Origin: an uncultured Pseudanabaenaceae cyanobacterium
GTDB lineage: Bacteria > Cyanobacteriota > Cyanobacteriia > PCC-9006 > JAAUQQ01
Direction of reading: 5' to 3'
DNA length: 64,000 nt
Assembly: GCA_937949725.1 (NCBI GenBank)
Contig: CALECT010000074.1
Location: 7,683 to 71,682 of the forward strand
How positions within the stretch are numbered: position 1 is the stretch's first letter; every line of letters begins with the position of its first letter. The position numbers and the translations under genes were made by a program. The notes below the pieces were generated by a model. That model made no database searches and had not been told where the DNA came from. It saw only the letters and a program-made list of their open reading frames with translations. This document shows positions 18,093 to 28,466 of this stretch, in pieces.

Positions 18093-18608
18093 GGAGCAGA
18101 ACCGGAGCAACTGCTTTCATTAACCCACATTGCTTTGGCCCCCAAGAAAACCGGGATGCCCATCACGGCAATGTCATCCCTTCTTCCCAGACCGGGGACT
18201 TGGGCTCTTGCCTAAGGAGCCCCAAATATCGTGATGGGAGTGACTCAAGCGGGACAGAAGGGTCTCAGCCTGGGAACTGTAACTGAGGCTACATCTTGAT
18301 TTGAGATCTTGTCCCTAGAATTGTGAAATCAAATACAAAGTTCTGATGAAGCTACCTCTGGGTAATTTTGCGGGCGGTGGATTTGCGGTCGCCCCAAGCG
18401 GGTCATTGCTGTTAATTTTTCTTTATCAGCGATATATTTACCAGCCCTCACAGGATTGAGGCCCCGGCTTGGGCCATAGAAAAAGCTTCAGGGAAACGAA
18501 ATGTCTATCGCTGCGTCTTGTGAATCAGCAGTTGTGATCTCAGGCACTCACATGGGTGAGGCGCACCACTGCCCAGCATCTGCCCCCCACCTTCATCGGT
18601 TCGCCCCC

Positions 18609-19016
18609 ATGAGCAGTTCTGTTTCCGCCTCCCAAGGCTCCCTTGACAATCATCTCCGCCAGGATTGGGCAAATGGCGTTGTAGCGATCGCGATTTTTGA
18701 TCGTAGTGGCATTCTCGAAGGCTGTGAAGTTTGCGGTACTGCCCCCAGCCAGAAGTGGCTCGATGCAGCCTTTCACACCATTGGGCTTAAGAAGCTCCTC
18801 ACCACTTGCCTGAAACAGCAAAATTTTGAACATGCCAAGGTGAGCGCAGCAGGTTGCACAACCTTTATTTTGCGCCGCCGCAATCGTTATGTGGCGATCG
18901 TTGCACCTCCCCAACCCTGTGTCCAAGAGGCAGCCCTCGCGAAGCAGCTACGAAACCTCAGCCTCGCAGAGCTCATTGGTCTCGTACGCAGCCGTCAGCT
19001 GATGCCCGTGGCCTAA
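18609..19016 (+). CDS. Hypothetical protein, possibly roadblock/LC7-like
   Basis: ORF from internal ATG (MSSSVSAS...). GVVAIAIFDRSGILEG...RYVAIVAPPQ loosely fits the roadblock/MglB pattern. Both the start and the function are uncertain. Confidence 0.45.
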   Translation: MSSSVSASQGSLDNHLRQDWANGVVAIAIFDRSGILEGCEVCGTAPSQKWLDAAFHTIGLKKLLTTCLKQQNFEHAKVSAAGCTTFILRRRNRYVAIVAPPQPCVQEAALAKQLRNLSLAELIGLVRSRQLMPVA

Positions 19017-19091
19017 CGCCCTGGGAGGCCAATCGAATCAGAATCTCTCCGAAATAATCCCCTGAATAGCCTGATTCATGAGTGATTCAGG

Positions 19092-20450
19092 CTATTCGTT
19101 CATATTGCGGTAAGTCGCCACGGCAGAAGGCGAAATGCGATTGAGATAGCGGAAAATCCAATATTTAAAGACCGTATCGAGAATCACGGGGAAGGTAGCG
19201 ATAAACAGAAAGATAAACGAGCGACTTTCTGGCAAGCCAAAGTGGCGAGCAACCCCTTCTAGAAGGACTTCCCAGCCATGGGGGGAGTGAAAGCCCACGA
19301 ACATATCCGTGAACAAAATGATGATGAAGGCCTTAGCGCTATCGCTCAAACCGTAAACCACCTCATCCATAAAAGACTTGAGAATCGCGACTTCCCGACG
19401 GCTGGTGACCAAGATGACGGAGAAGGCCATCACCGCCAGTAGGTCCGCAAAAATATTCTTGATCGCATCGGAGCCCCGCCGTTCAAAGTTGCTGTAAACC
19501 GTGGCAGCTTCGATCTCCATGCGCTCCCGCATTTCGGCTTCGGTGAGGGGCTCTAGCTGGTGGGAGAGAATTTTGAATTCCAAGCGTTCGCGGGCGCGTT
19601 GAATTTCCTGGAAGGCTTTCTCCTCCATCTCATTGTTAATGAAGATCTCCACTTCCTCTGGGGCACTACGGAAGTAATCCACTGCCGGACCCACCACAAA
19701 GGCCTTGGAGAGATGGTGAGTTAATAGGGGCACAATCACAAGAATCAAGACAAAGCGTGCGGCCAGGGCGGTTTGGGCTCGGGACACGCGAAAGGACTTG
19801 ACGACTTCTTGCTCAGCTTCGGGGTCTAGGTCTCGGCGGAGGCGATCGAAGGTGCCCAGGATTGAACGGGGGACAAAGCTGTTTTGGCGGGTGCCCCCTT
19901 GGCGGGCCTCATCTTCGTCAGGTTCAGCCCGGTTATCGGTGCGATCGCCCGCATCACGAACCTTGCCCTTAGATGAAGGTGCCAGAGATGCAGGGGAATG
20001 TTCCACGGGCACCAATGCCCTGGAGCCCGAAGCAAAGGGCGGAACGATCTGGTAGCGAGCGAGCGTTGCATCAATAAAGCGGAGCTTTTCGAGAATTAGC
20101 TCATCGCCCGTGAGAGCTTTGCCGTTTTGGGGCGATCTACCCTGCTCAAAGCCAAAGGACTGGGGCGCTGACAGCTTAAGAAAGGTTTGGCTGGTGCGAA
20201 ACTCCCGCAAGCGCACCCGCGCTAGGCGAAGCTGCTGGCTGATCTCTCGACGAAAATAGTTATAGACATTGGCGCTATAACCCTTAATCTCCGGGTTAAT
20301 CGTCTGGCCTTCAAAATGCTCATCCTCGATCGCCTTAATCTTGAGAATCGCCTCATAGGCCTGCTCTAGAGCGCGATTTGGAGTGGTATCAACCCACCCA
20401 CGCAATCCACCGAAGACGCGACGTAATTGCTCAAACATGGACGGCTTCAT
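19092..20450 (-). CDS. pxcA: Proton extrusion protein PxcA (CemA/CotA family)
   Basis: The C-terminal membrane domain FIIILFTDMFVGFHSPHGWEVLLE...FIATFPVILDTVFKYWIFRYLNRISPSAVATYRNMNE is the characteristic CemA signature. A long N-terminal extension is typical of the cyanobacterial form. ATG at 20450. Confidence 0.9.
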   Translation of the reverse strand: MKPSMFEQLRRVFGGLRGWVDTTPNRALEQAYEAILKIKAIEDEHFEGQTINPEIKGYSANVYNYFRREISQQLRLARVRLREFRTSQTFLKLSAPQSFGFEQGRSPQNGKALTGDELILEKLRFIDATLARYQIVPPFASGSRALVPVEHSPASLAPSSKGKVRDAGDRTDNRAEPDEDEARQGGTRQNSFVPRSILGTFDRLRRDLDPEAEQEVVKSFRVSRAQTALAARFVLILVIVPLLTHHLSKAFVVGPAVDYFRSAPEEVEIFINNEMEEKAFQEIQRARERLEFKILSHQLEPLTEAEMRERMEIEAATVYSNFERRGSDAIKNIFADLLAVMAFSVILVTSRREVAILKSFMDEVVYGLSDSAKAFIIILFTDMFVGFHSPHGWEVLLEGVARHFGLPESRSFIFLFIATFPVILDTVFKYWIFRYLNRISPSAVATYRNMNE

Positions 20451-20695
20451 GGTCAAGATGCCCTAGGACAAACGGTATTCTCAAAAGACTGCGGCTGACT
20501 TCAGTCTTGGCTTCTTCCTCAACCAATGGCAGCACAGGACTGGGATGATTGTTGGGCAAAGAAAGCAAAGAACGCCTCATACTAGCTTAAAGCTCAGATC
20601 GCGCTAGGGATGCACACCCTCACAAGACTTCGCTGTTCCCGGTTTACTGGCTTTACCCCATTCCCACGACTGATTTCCCGCCATCTGTTCCTGCC

Positions 20696-23065
20696 ATGTC
20701 TGTTGCCGCCGCGACTGTTTCCCCTGCTATTTGGATCACTGGCCCTGCTCGCAGTGGCAAAACCGCTGAGCTGATTGAGTTATTTAAAGCCTGGACCCAA
20801 GGCGAGTCCCCAGCCTCCCCCAACAACATTCCAAGCAATCTGGACGATCAGGGACCAGCACTACTGCTCTTTGCGGCGACCGGGGATAATCGCCTCGCCC
20901 TGGTGGACCGGCTGACCGAAGCAACGGGCGGGCAATATCCGATTCGCACCACAACACCCCTGGCTTTTTTTGAAACCGAGGTGACGCTGTTTTGGCCGTT
21001 ACTGGTGGAGCGGCTGGGGCTGAATCCCCAGTTTCCCCTGCGGCTGAGACCGGAGACGGAGCAAGCACTGGCGCGATCGCTCTGGCAGCCGCTCCTGGAA
21101 GATGGCTCCCCCCTGGCCCAGGAAGGCGTTAGCCCGGACCGCATGGTGCGGCGCATCCTCGATATCCATCTGCTAGCTGCGTCAGGCAATGTCCCAGCCG
21201 AATCCATTGGTCTACGGCTCCAGGGGGGAATGGCCAGCGCTCTTGGCAGTGAGCCCCTGTGGCAGGCCATGGGAGAAGCGCTATTGCAATGGCGAGACTG
21301 GTGTCTCCAGCGAGGGCTATTGACCTATGGCATTTTGACAGAGCTGTATGGGCAACAGTTGTTGCCAGACCCAAGCTATCAGCAACAGTTGCTCAATCGC
21401 TATGACGGTTTTCTAGCGGATGACGTGGATGAATATCCAGCAATCGCCGCCTCCCTCTTCAGCTTTGCCATCAACCAGGGCTGTCCCACCGCCCTGACTT
21501 ATAACCCCAACGGAGCGACGCGCCTCGGCTTTGGGGCCGACCCCGATGCCCTGAAGGAGCTAGCCCCCCGCTGTGAGCAGTTCGAGCTGGCCCCGGCTCC
21601 CGATAGCTTGGAGCCTCGCTTTGGTGAGAGCGTCCTGCGGCTGATTGATAGCGGTGGTCCAGGACCCGGTCAACCCAATCGACCGCCTAGCCAAGTATCC
21701 GGCGGAGGCTCTGGAGATGTGGATCTGGCGGAGTTCTGGGAGGGGCCGTTCCATGCCATTCAGGGCATCTCGCGGGCGCAGCTGTTGCGGGCGATCGCCA
21801 ATGAAATTATCCAAGGCGTTAACAGCGGCCAAGTCGCTCCAGCAGACATCGCCATCCTCGGCCCCGGCGTGGACCCCATCGCCCGCTACACCCTGATGGA
21901 AATCCTGCGCAAGCAGAACATTCGCCTGGAGCCATTGCTGGAGCAGCGGCCCCTGTCCAGTGCCCCTATGGTGAGGGCTTTGCTGACGCTGTTGGCCTTT
22001 ATCTATCCAGGGCTGGGGCAGCTCGTGACGGTAGATCAAGTCGCGGAAATGCTGGTGGTGTTGAGTTTGGTGGCTGTGCCGGTGACCTCGGCAGATCCAG
22101 TAGAAGGTGATGATTCAACCGGGCAAACTGCTGTGCGAGCAAAACCGGCGATCGATGCCGTCCGGGCAGGCCTCCTGGCGGACCACTGCTATCGCCCCGA
22201 CCCCGCAAGCCCCCAGCTCCTACCCGTGGAGCAATTTGCCCGCTGGGACCGCCTGGGCTACCAAGCCACCGCCGCCTATCAAAACCTCTGCCAATGGATC
22301 GAGAACCAGCGCCTCCAGCAGCAGCAGCGCCTTACCCTCAGCCCTGTGGTTGTTCTGGACCGTGCCATCCAGACCTTTCTCTGGAACGGCAGCCTGCTCA
22401 GCTATGACCAGCTCGCGGCCCTGCGCGAAATGATGGAAGCTGCCCAGCATTTCTGGCAAGTGGAACAGCGCCTCGGCCAAGTCCAGGGCATTCAAGTGCC
22501 GGAAGTTCAGGAGCCTGAGCGATCGCCGTTCGTCGCCGAACCCACCAATCCTCCTAGCGCAAGCTCATCCGAACCCGCGACTGACATAGCCCAGCCTTAC
22601 CAAACCAACAGTGCCGTGGCCCGGTTCATCCAGCTCCTGCGTAGCGGAGCCATCAGCGCCAATCCCTACCCAGCCAAGCCCCTGGAAAGCCAGCCCAATG
22701 CCGTCACCCTGGCAACAATCTTTCAATACCGCATCAGTCGTCCCCAGCACCGCTGGCTGTTTTGGCTCGACGCCAGTTCATCCCTCTGGATCACAACGGG
22801 CACGGGCCTATTTGGAGCCGGAGTCTTCCTCAGCTCCGCCCCACCTCGCCAGACCAGCGCCGATGCCCTACGCCTGGCCGAAGCTCGCCTAGAACAAAGC
22901 CTACGCAATCTCCTGGGCCGCGCCACGGAGCGCATTTACCTTGGAGCCAGCGAGCTATCCACTGCCGGACAACCGCAAATGGGACCGATGCTCCCACTAG
23001 TAGAAATTGCGGCAGCGATGCAACCAGAACGGCAAGCGGAGTCAGCAATCACGCCTGAAATTTAG
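20696..23065 (+). CDS. P-loop NTPase related to UvrD/AddB-type helicases, function unknown
   Basis: Walker A ITGPARSGKT, LLLFAATGDNR, Walker B-like ADDVDEYPAI, late VTLATIFQYR. No nuclease motif recognised. Confidence 0.7.
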   Translation: MSVAAATVSPAIWITGPARSGKTAELIELFKAWTQGESPASPNNIPSNLDDQGPALLLFAATGDNRLALVDRLTEATGGQYPIRTTTPLAFFETEVTLFWPLLVERLGLNPQFPLRLRPETEQALARSLWQPLLEDGSPLAQEGVSPDRMVRRILDIHLLAASGNVPAESIGLRLQGGMASALGSEPLWQAMGEALLQWRDWCLQRGLLTYGILTELYGQQLLPDPSYQQQLLNRYDGFLADDVDEYPAIAASLFSFAINQGCPTALTYNPNGATRLGFGADPDALKELAPRCEQFELAPAPDSLEPRFGESVLRLIDSGGPGPGQPNRPPSQVSGGGSGDVDLAEFWEGPFHAIQGISRAQLLRAIANEIIQGVNSGQVAPADIAILGPGVDPIARYTLMEILRKQNIRLEPLLEQRPLSSAPMVRALLTLLAFIYPGLGQLVTVDQVAEMLVVLSLVAVPVTSADPVEGDDSTGQTAVRAKPAIDAVRAGLLADHCYRPDPASPQLLPVEQFARWDRLGYQATAAYQNLCQWIENQRLQQQQRLTLSPVVVLDRAIQTFLWNGSLLSYDQLAALREMMEAAQHFWQVEQRLGQVQGIQVPEVQEPERSPFVAEPTNPPSASSSEPATDIAQPYQTNSAVARFIQLLRSGAISANPYPAKPLESQPNAVTLATIFQYRISRPQHRWLFWLDASSSLWITTGTGLFGAGVFLSSAPPRQTSADALRLAEARLEQSLRNLLGRATERIYLGASELSTAGQPQMGPMLPLVEIAAAMQPERQAESAITPEI

Positions 23066-23158
23066 GGGCACGGTAGGGTCGAACAACTGTTCGCCCACAG
23101 GGAATTCCAGGGGCAACGATTAACGCTGGGTCTCCATTCCAATGCCCAATGCCCGACC

Positions 23159-23512
23159 CTAAAGCAATCCGGGGCTTTGCAACGTCGCCAGAGTCTCTTG
23201 ATAGGTTGCTTGGATTTGCTGGCTCAGCCCTTGCAAATCACTGTCATCTTCACTGCGAGCCTTGAATTCCATCTGCTGACAAAGGCTGGCTAAGCGCTGA
23301 GCCCCCAGAGTGCCGCTACTGGACTTCAGGCTATGGGCAGAAAAGCGCAAGGCATCAAAGTTGCGCTGGGCTGCGGCTTGACCAATGGCAACCACCAGCT
23401 GGGGAGCATCTTCTAAATACAACTCCAACACCATCGCCAGGGAGCTCTGAACATCATCCCCCATAGCATTGAGGCTTTCCAGTAGCTGTGTGCGATCAAT
23501 CAAAATTTCCAT
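23159..23512 (-). CDS. Histidine phosphotransfer (HPt) domain protein
   Basis: Phospho-accepting His context FSAHSLKSSSGTLGA. Four-helix-bundle length. ATG 23512 preferred over TTG 23524. Confidence 0.8.
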   Translation of the reverse strand: MEILIDRTQLLESLNAMGDDVQSSLAMVLELYLEDAPQLVVAIGQAAAQRNFDALRFSAHSLKSSSGTLGAQRLASLCQQMEFKARSEDDSDLQGLSQQIQATYQETLATLQSPGLL

Positions 23513-23829
23513 GGCGGTCCCCAAACAGTAAACGAGGGAAGGAGGCAGTCAATCAAAGGCAAACATCATGGGTGATGCCAGTGAGAGAGCCAGTAATATC
23601 CAGCCCTAAGGAATGATTCAGCCATTGGCATGCAGCGCAGCGCCAACATGCGAACAGCTCATTCAAGGAGAACTGGGGTGGGAACAAAACAAAGTCGCGC
23701 TGAGTGTAAAACATTTCACGACTCTCTAGCCTCAGCATTTATACGATGTCAGAAAGAGCAAGGCCTTCAATCGGGAGGGCTCGAAGCTTGTTTGCAATGC
23801 AGAGTTCAAGCCCTAGAGAAACTAGCAGG

Positions 23830-24831
23830 CTAAGCCGTTAGAGCAATGGGGAGTTCCAGAAATACCGCATTATTCCCCCCCTGGGCCTTGGCTTTGTAAA
23901 GCGCCTCATCCGCCAGCTGAACCAGGGTTGAGGAGGCTATATCATGCTGGGGAACAAGGTTCGCCACCCCTAAGCTGATGGTGACGCGATCGCGCAACAG
24001 TTCTCCGCTCTTGTCCCGTCGCCCATACAGATGGGGCAAATTAGCATCCCAAACCGCCTGACGAATGCGCTCTGCCACATGGTAGGCCCCAGCCCCGTGG
24101 GTATTGGGCAAGACCACTGCAAACTCCTCACCACCATAGCGAGCAATCAAGTCACCGCCACGATGGACATTACCATTGAGGGCCTTAGCGACTTGCTGAA
24201 GACAGCGATCGCCCTGAGGGTGACCATAGTTATCGTTGTAGGGCTTGAAGCTATCAATATCGATCATGATCAGCGAGACCATACGCTCGTCTCGCAAGGC
24301 GCGCCGCCATTCCTTATCTAGCTCCTCATCAAAGCGGCGACGGTTGGCAAGCTTTGTTAGCGCATCGGTCATCACCAGTTGCTGTAGCTCGCGGTGATTC
24401 GCCTCCAGGGATTCCTGCTCCCGCAGATGCTCAACCAACAAACGCAACCGGTGACGCAGCACAGGCCAGCGAATGGGCTTAGTAATGTAATCCGCCGCGC
24501 CTACCGCAAAGGCTTTATCAATGGACTCTTGATCTTCAAGACCCGTAATAATTAAAACCGGGAAATTTTCTGCATCGGGCTCAGCTAGGAGCGCCTCACA
24601 ACAGTCAAAGCCATCCATGTTCGGCATCATGGCATCCACCAGAGCCAGCACAGGCCGCTCCCGCTTAAACAGTTCCAGACATTCCGCACCATCCGCAGCA
24701 GAAGCCACACGATAGCCATCTTTCTGGAGAGACCGTTCCAAAATCTTGCGGGTGAGCAAATCGTCATCGGCAATCAGAATAAGATCGCCATTGCGAAGTG
24801 CTTTGTGATTGTCGAAGGGAACCAGATTCAT
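23830..24831 (-). CDS. Response regulator receiver-GGDEF diguanylate cyclase (PleD/WspR-like)
   Basis: REC motifs LILIADDD and LALVDAMMPNMDG. GGDEF motif RYGGEEFAVVL with upstream I-site-like RRALRDE region. Confidence 0.9.
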   Translation of the reverse strand: MNLVPFDNHKALRNGDLILIADDDLLTRKILERSLQKDGYRVASAADGAECLELFKRERPVLALVDAMMPNMDGFDCCEALLAEPDAENFPVLIITGLEDQESIDKAFAVGAADYITKPIRWPVLRHRLRLLVEHLREQESLEANHRELQQLVMTDALTKLANRRRFDEELDKEWRRALRDERMVSLIMIDIDSFKPYNDNYGHPQGDRCLQQVAKALNGNVHRGGDLIARYGGEEFAVVLPNTHGAGAYHVAERIRQAVWDANLPHLYGRRDKSGELLRDRVTISLGVANLVPQHDIASSTLVQLADEALYKAKAQGGNNAVFLELPIALTA

Positions 24832-24946
24832 GGTGAATGCCTTACCAGGTCTAATTTAAGGTTCCCTGGTCAGGTTTATCACAAACCCTTTTTCCAAAAT
24901 TGTCACACCGACAATCCCCTGAAACAGATGGTTTAGACCGTACTGG

Positions 24947-26038
24947 CTAAACCATCTGCCAAGGTTCTTTAATCACGTTCTCATCAAAGACACGCTTGGG
25001 TTTTAGCAGCAGTACAAGGCGGCCCAAGAGAGGCTGTGATGGGGCCTGGGCAAACCATTGAAATGCGAGTTGTCCATCAGCTTCGACTAAGTGAAAGTGG
25101 TCTGCGCTCCATTCCGTTGTGCCTAAATCCACCAGCGCAGCAACGTCTTCCACCCGTCCCTTAATCTCAGCTTCAGGTAGATCCTTAGTGGAGCAAATAA
25201 TCGCAACGGGTTGCTTGGCCCAAAGCACCACCTGCCAGCCAGGAAGGGATAGCCAGGTACAGGGCTGCTCACTGCGCACCAAGCGGAAGGCACCGGTCTC
25301 TTCTCCCTGGGGAATCTGTTGCAGCACCTCTGCAGTAAGGGGAAAGTGGCCAGCGACGGGAACCGTGCGAGGTAATTCATCCTCTTGCTCCAAGCGATAA
25401 AACGGTAAGCGAGGGGCTTTCTTCTCGGGGACAACGGTGAAATCGGTCAGCAGGGCCTGGAGCTTTTCGCGAGCGCCATTGCTCTGGGCAAATTTCAGCC
25501 CCTGGGCAATAAGCACCGATCGCTCCGCCAATTCCGCGCGCTGCCTCGCCCGCTTCCAACAGAAGAAGGCCACCGCATCACCGGGCTTCGAACTAAAGCC
25601 CTCAGGCTGGGGCTTAACCCAGCTAAATTCCTTGTAATCCTTGGCCAAAAGACGCGCTTCGTCCATATCCAAGCCACGATCTAGGGCAAATTCGGCAGCC
25701 TTAATCCGTCCCGCTTGGTCCAGCTCTCGCAGTTGATAGAGAACATCGCTGCCCTTTTCTCGGTATTCGGCGATCGCCTCTTCACTCGCCCCCCCTTTCA
25801 CCAAAGAATCAAACACTTGGCTCCCCACAATCACCTGGAGCTGCTGCACCTGCTCAAAGCCCGTCTCCTCAAAAATATCTAGCGGCTTGCACTGGGAATC
25901 ATGCAGGGCCTTACAAGCCCGCCCCCATTCCAGCCATCCCCCTTCTTTACGGCGTAGCTGCCCCATGAGGTCTTTCACTTCCTCATCGCTGAGCTTTTCA
26001 ACGGGGCGCTTAAAAGAAGGAGGTGCGGCGTCAGACAT
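24947..26038 (-). CDS. raf1: RuBisCO accumulation factor 1
   Basis: N-terminal LRRKEGGWLEWGRACKALHDSQCKPLDIFEETGFEQVQQLQVIVGSQVFDSL matches the conserved Raf1 alpha-domain pattern I recall (RKEGxWxxWGxxC...IFEETGFE...Q.IV..QV). The length of about 360 aa with a beta-rich C-domain fits. Confidence 0.75.
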   Translation of the reverse strand: MSDAAPPSFKRPVEKLSDEEVKDLMGQLRRKEGGWLEWGRACKALHDSQCKPLDIFEETGFEQVQQLQVIVGSQVFDSLVKGGASEEAIAEYREKGSDVLYQLRELDQAGRIKAAEFALDRGLDMDEARLLAKDYKEFSWVKPQPEGFSSKPGDAVAFFCWKRARQRAELAERSVLIAQGLKFAQSNGAREKLQALLTDFTVVPEKKAPRLPFYRLEQEDELPRTVPVAGHFPLTAEVLQQIPQGEETGAFRLVRSEQPCTWLSLPGWQVVLWAKQPVAIICSTKDLPEAEIKGRVEDVAALVDLGTTEWSADHFHLVEADGQLAFQWFAQAPSQPLLGRLVLLLKPKRVFDENVIKEPWQMV

Positions 26039-26204
26039 GGCTCTAAGAACGGGCTCGAAAGGTGAGTTGAAACGGGACTGTAAAACAATCGCGCCTTTCA
26101 GTATAGGCACCCCCGCCGGGGCAAACCGATGGGACTTGACGATTCGTTGCGGGCATTCTCAAAGGAGAGACGGTTTATCTAAATTCTGACCTCAGTCCAA
26201 CGGC

Positions 26205-26316
26205 CTCCTCTTCCCCTAGCCCCTACTCCTAAAGGAGCAGGGGAACCGATCACCAAATCCCCGGCCCCAGCGGCTGTTTCCCCCCTCTCCTGAAGGAGAG
26301 GAGCCGGGGGAGAGGC
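26205..26316 (+). repeat. Dispersed repeat, short relative of the 15549/52079 element
   Basis: Shares cccctagcccctactcctaaaggagcaggggaacc and the ...ctctcctgaaggagagga... hairpin modules. Confidence 0.7.
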
Positions 26317-26377
26317 CACCTTACCTCCACTCCAAGCCCGTCTCCAATCAAGCTGCCATCACGCTTCCTTACAACTC

Positions 26378-28411
26378 ATGGTGAGTTCCTCCCAATCCTC
26401 CAAAGCCAAGCCTGCGAATGTATCTCCAAACACAGGTCAATCTCGCCCGAACAATCGCAAGGGCGAAATTATTGATGGTCGCTACCGCATCCTAGGCCTA
26501 CTAGGCGAAGGCAACAGCGGCACAACCCATCGCGCCCAAAGGATTAAAGATGGAGTGATCGTTGCACTCAAAGAGGTCTCCCTTCAAGGCAGCCAAAGCT
26601 GGAAGCTGATTGAACTCTTTGAGCGGGAAGTGGCCATGCTCAAGCAGCTGGATCATCCCGCTATTCCCCAGTACATCGACTCCTTTGTCGTTGATAGCAA
26701 CCAGGATCGCCTTTACTACCTGGCTCAAACCTTGGCTGAAGGTCGAACGCTGACGGCTTGGATTGAGAGCGGATGGCGCTGTACGGAAGTCGAGGCTCAA
26801 GAGGTGGCTCTGCAACTACTGGATGTGCTGAACTATCTACAGCGCTGCGATCCGCCCATCATTCACCGAGATATTAAGCCCCTCAACATCATTCGCCGGG
26901 AGGACGGCAAGATCTTCCTGGTGGACTTCGGAGCAGTCGGCCATACCTACCACAACACCTTTATGCGGGGCAGCACGGTGGTGGGCACCTTTGGCTATAT
27001 GGCACCGGAGCAGTTTCGGGGGCAGGCCTGCACTGCGACGGATCTATACAGTTTGGGAGCAACGCTCCTGTATTTGCTGACCCGGCGATCGCCCGCAGAC
27101 CTCCCCGCCCAACAGCTCAAAGTAGACTTCCGTAGCAAGGTCTTACTCAGCGACGGCTTTGCGGACTGGCTGGGGCAGCTGATTGAGCCTAGCCTGCGTC
27201 ATCGCTTTGCCAGCGCTAATGTTGCCTTAACAACCTTGCAAAGACTTCAGCAGGAAGCGAGCCAGGACCAAGGGCTGATTAAGCCCGCCCTTAAGATCTT
27301 AGGCGGGCTCTCAGTACTGGGACTGATTGCACTCTTCACGATCAATCAATACAAGTACAGCGTGCTCAAGCACTTGGGGACGGAGAATGAGTTACAAGCC
27401 GCGATCGCGGCAGGAGACATCCCTGTAGCGGAATACCTCAATCGCGGCGGTGAACTCTCCCTAGGCAACGACCAGGGTCAAGCCCTGATGATTTTTGCAG
27501 TCGAACAAAACGACCTTAATAGTCTTGAGCAGTTGCTAGAACAGGGCATTGACCCAACCCTGAAAAACCGTGAGGGAACCACTGCTCTACACGAAGCCGC
27601 TCGCCACAAAGACCTGTCAGCACTCAAGCAAATGCTGGCACAACAGCCTAATCTAAACATTAAAGATCGTCAGGGAGATACGCCACTGCATCTGGCCGCG
27701 ACCACAAACCATGCCCTGCTTCTGATGGAAGGAGGAGCCAACCTAGCGATCGTCAATAGTCAGGGGAAAAGCATCTTGCAAAATGCTGTGGAGCAGTCCT
27801 GGCATCCCGTCATTTACAAATATCTCAACAACACCAAAGGCATTCCCAATTCAGTCCCCATCACCCCTTCTTTACTGGGAATCGCAGCAAATCAGCGAGA
27901 TGCCAAAACCCTCAAAATGCTGGTGCGGGAGGGGGCTCGTTTTACCGGGAGCGACCTGATGAGCTTAGAGCCAGAAGCCCTGACCCTAGAGCCCTACCAA
28001 GAGCCCCAGCGCAACTGGTTTACGACCGCACTACCGCGCCTCGACAGTCGGGATACCGAAGGCAGAACATTGCTCTACAGCGCCATCACTCAGCGTCATT
28101 GGGAGCTTGGCACTTTTCTGATTGATCAAGGTGCCCATATCTACCAGCTTGATCAGGAAGGTAACGATGCAGAGGATCTCTTTAACACGGCCATAGGCAG
28201 AAGAAGCAACATCACTTGGGACTGGAAAACCCCCGAAGGGCGCTTCCTGGAACGCCTGGTCCAGCGGGAGAAAGAGATCAGCTCAGCCTATCAAAACAAA
28301 CAGAGAAAGCATGAAGAGAACCTAAGGAAACAGGCCGAGAGAGAAAGAAAGAAGCGAGAGAAGGAGTACAAAAAGCAACAGCGGGAATGGGAAAAACAGC
28401 GAGGTTACTAA
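26378..28411 (+). CDS. Ser/Thr protein kinase with TM segment, ankyrin repeats and Lys/Glu-rich tail
   Basis: G-loop LGEGNSGTT, VALKEV, HRDIKPLN, DFG, GTFGYMAPE. TM segment LKILGGLSVLGLIALFTI. Ankyrin-like repeats (GTTALHEAARHKD, GDTPLHLAATTNH, GRTLLYSAITQRH). Confidence 0.9.
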   Translation: MVSSSQSSKAKPANVSPNTGQSRPNNRKGEIIDGRYRILGLLGEGNSGTTHRAQRIKDGVIVALKEVSLQGSQSWKLIELFEREVAMLKQLDHPAIPQYIDSFVVDSNQDRLYYLAQTLAEGRTLTAWIESGWRCTEVEAQEVALQLLDVLNYLQRCDPPIIHRDIKPLNIIRREDGKIFLVDFGAVGHTYHNTFMRGSTVVGTFGYMAPEQFRGQACTATDLYSLGATLLYLLTRRSPADLPAQQLKVDFRSKVLLSDGFADWLGQLIEPSLRHRFASANVALTTLQRLQQEASQDQGLIKPALKILGGLSVLGLIALFTINQYKYSVLKHLGTENELQAAIAAGDIPVAEYLNRGGELSLGNDQGQALMIFAVEQNDLNSLEQLLEQGIDPTLKNREGTTALHEAARHKDLSALKQMLAQQPNLNIKDRQGDTPLHLAATTNHALLLMEGGANLAIVNSQGKSILQNAVEQSWHPVIYKYLNNTKGIPNSVPITPSLLGIAANQRDAKTLKMLVREGARFTGSDLMSLEPEALTLEPYQEPQRNWFTTALPRLDSRDTEGRTLLYSAITQRHWELGTFLIDQGAHIYQLDQEGNDAEDLFNTAIGRRSNITWDWKTPEGRFLERLVQREKEISSAYQNKQRKHEENLRKQAERERKKREKEYKKQQREWEKQRGY

Positions 28412-28466
28412 TGCGACATCATCACTGATTTAGAGACATCCCCACTCTCCAGGCAATCTCCATCCC

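Noticed and set aside
10896-26038. A carbon-concentrating gene cluster (BicA-like transporter, pxcA, raf1).
   Set aside because: The three genes are 7-13 kb apart, separated by unrelated genes on both strands. The pattern is consistent with a cyanobacterial origin but is not evidence for a functional locus.
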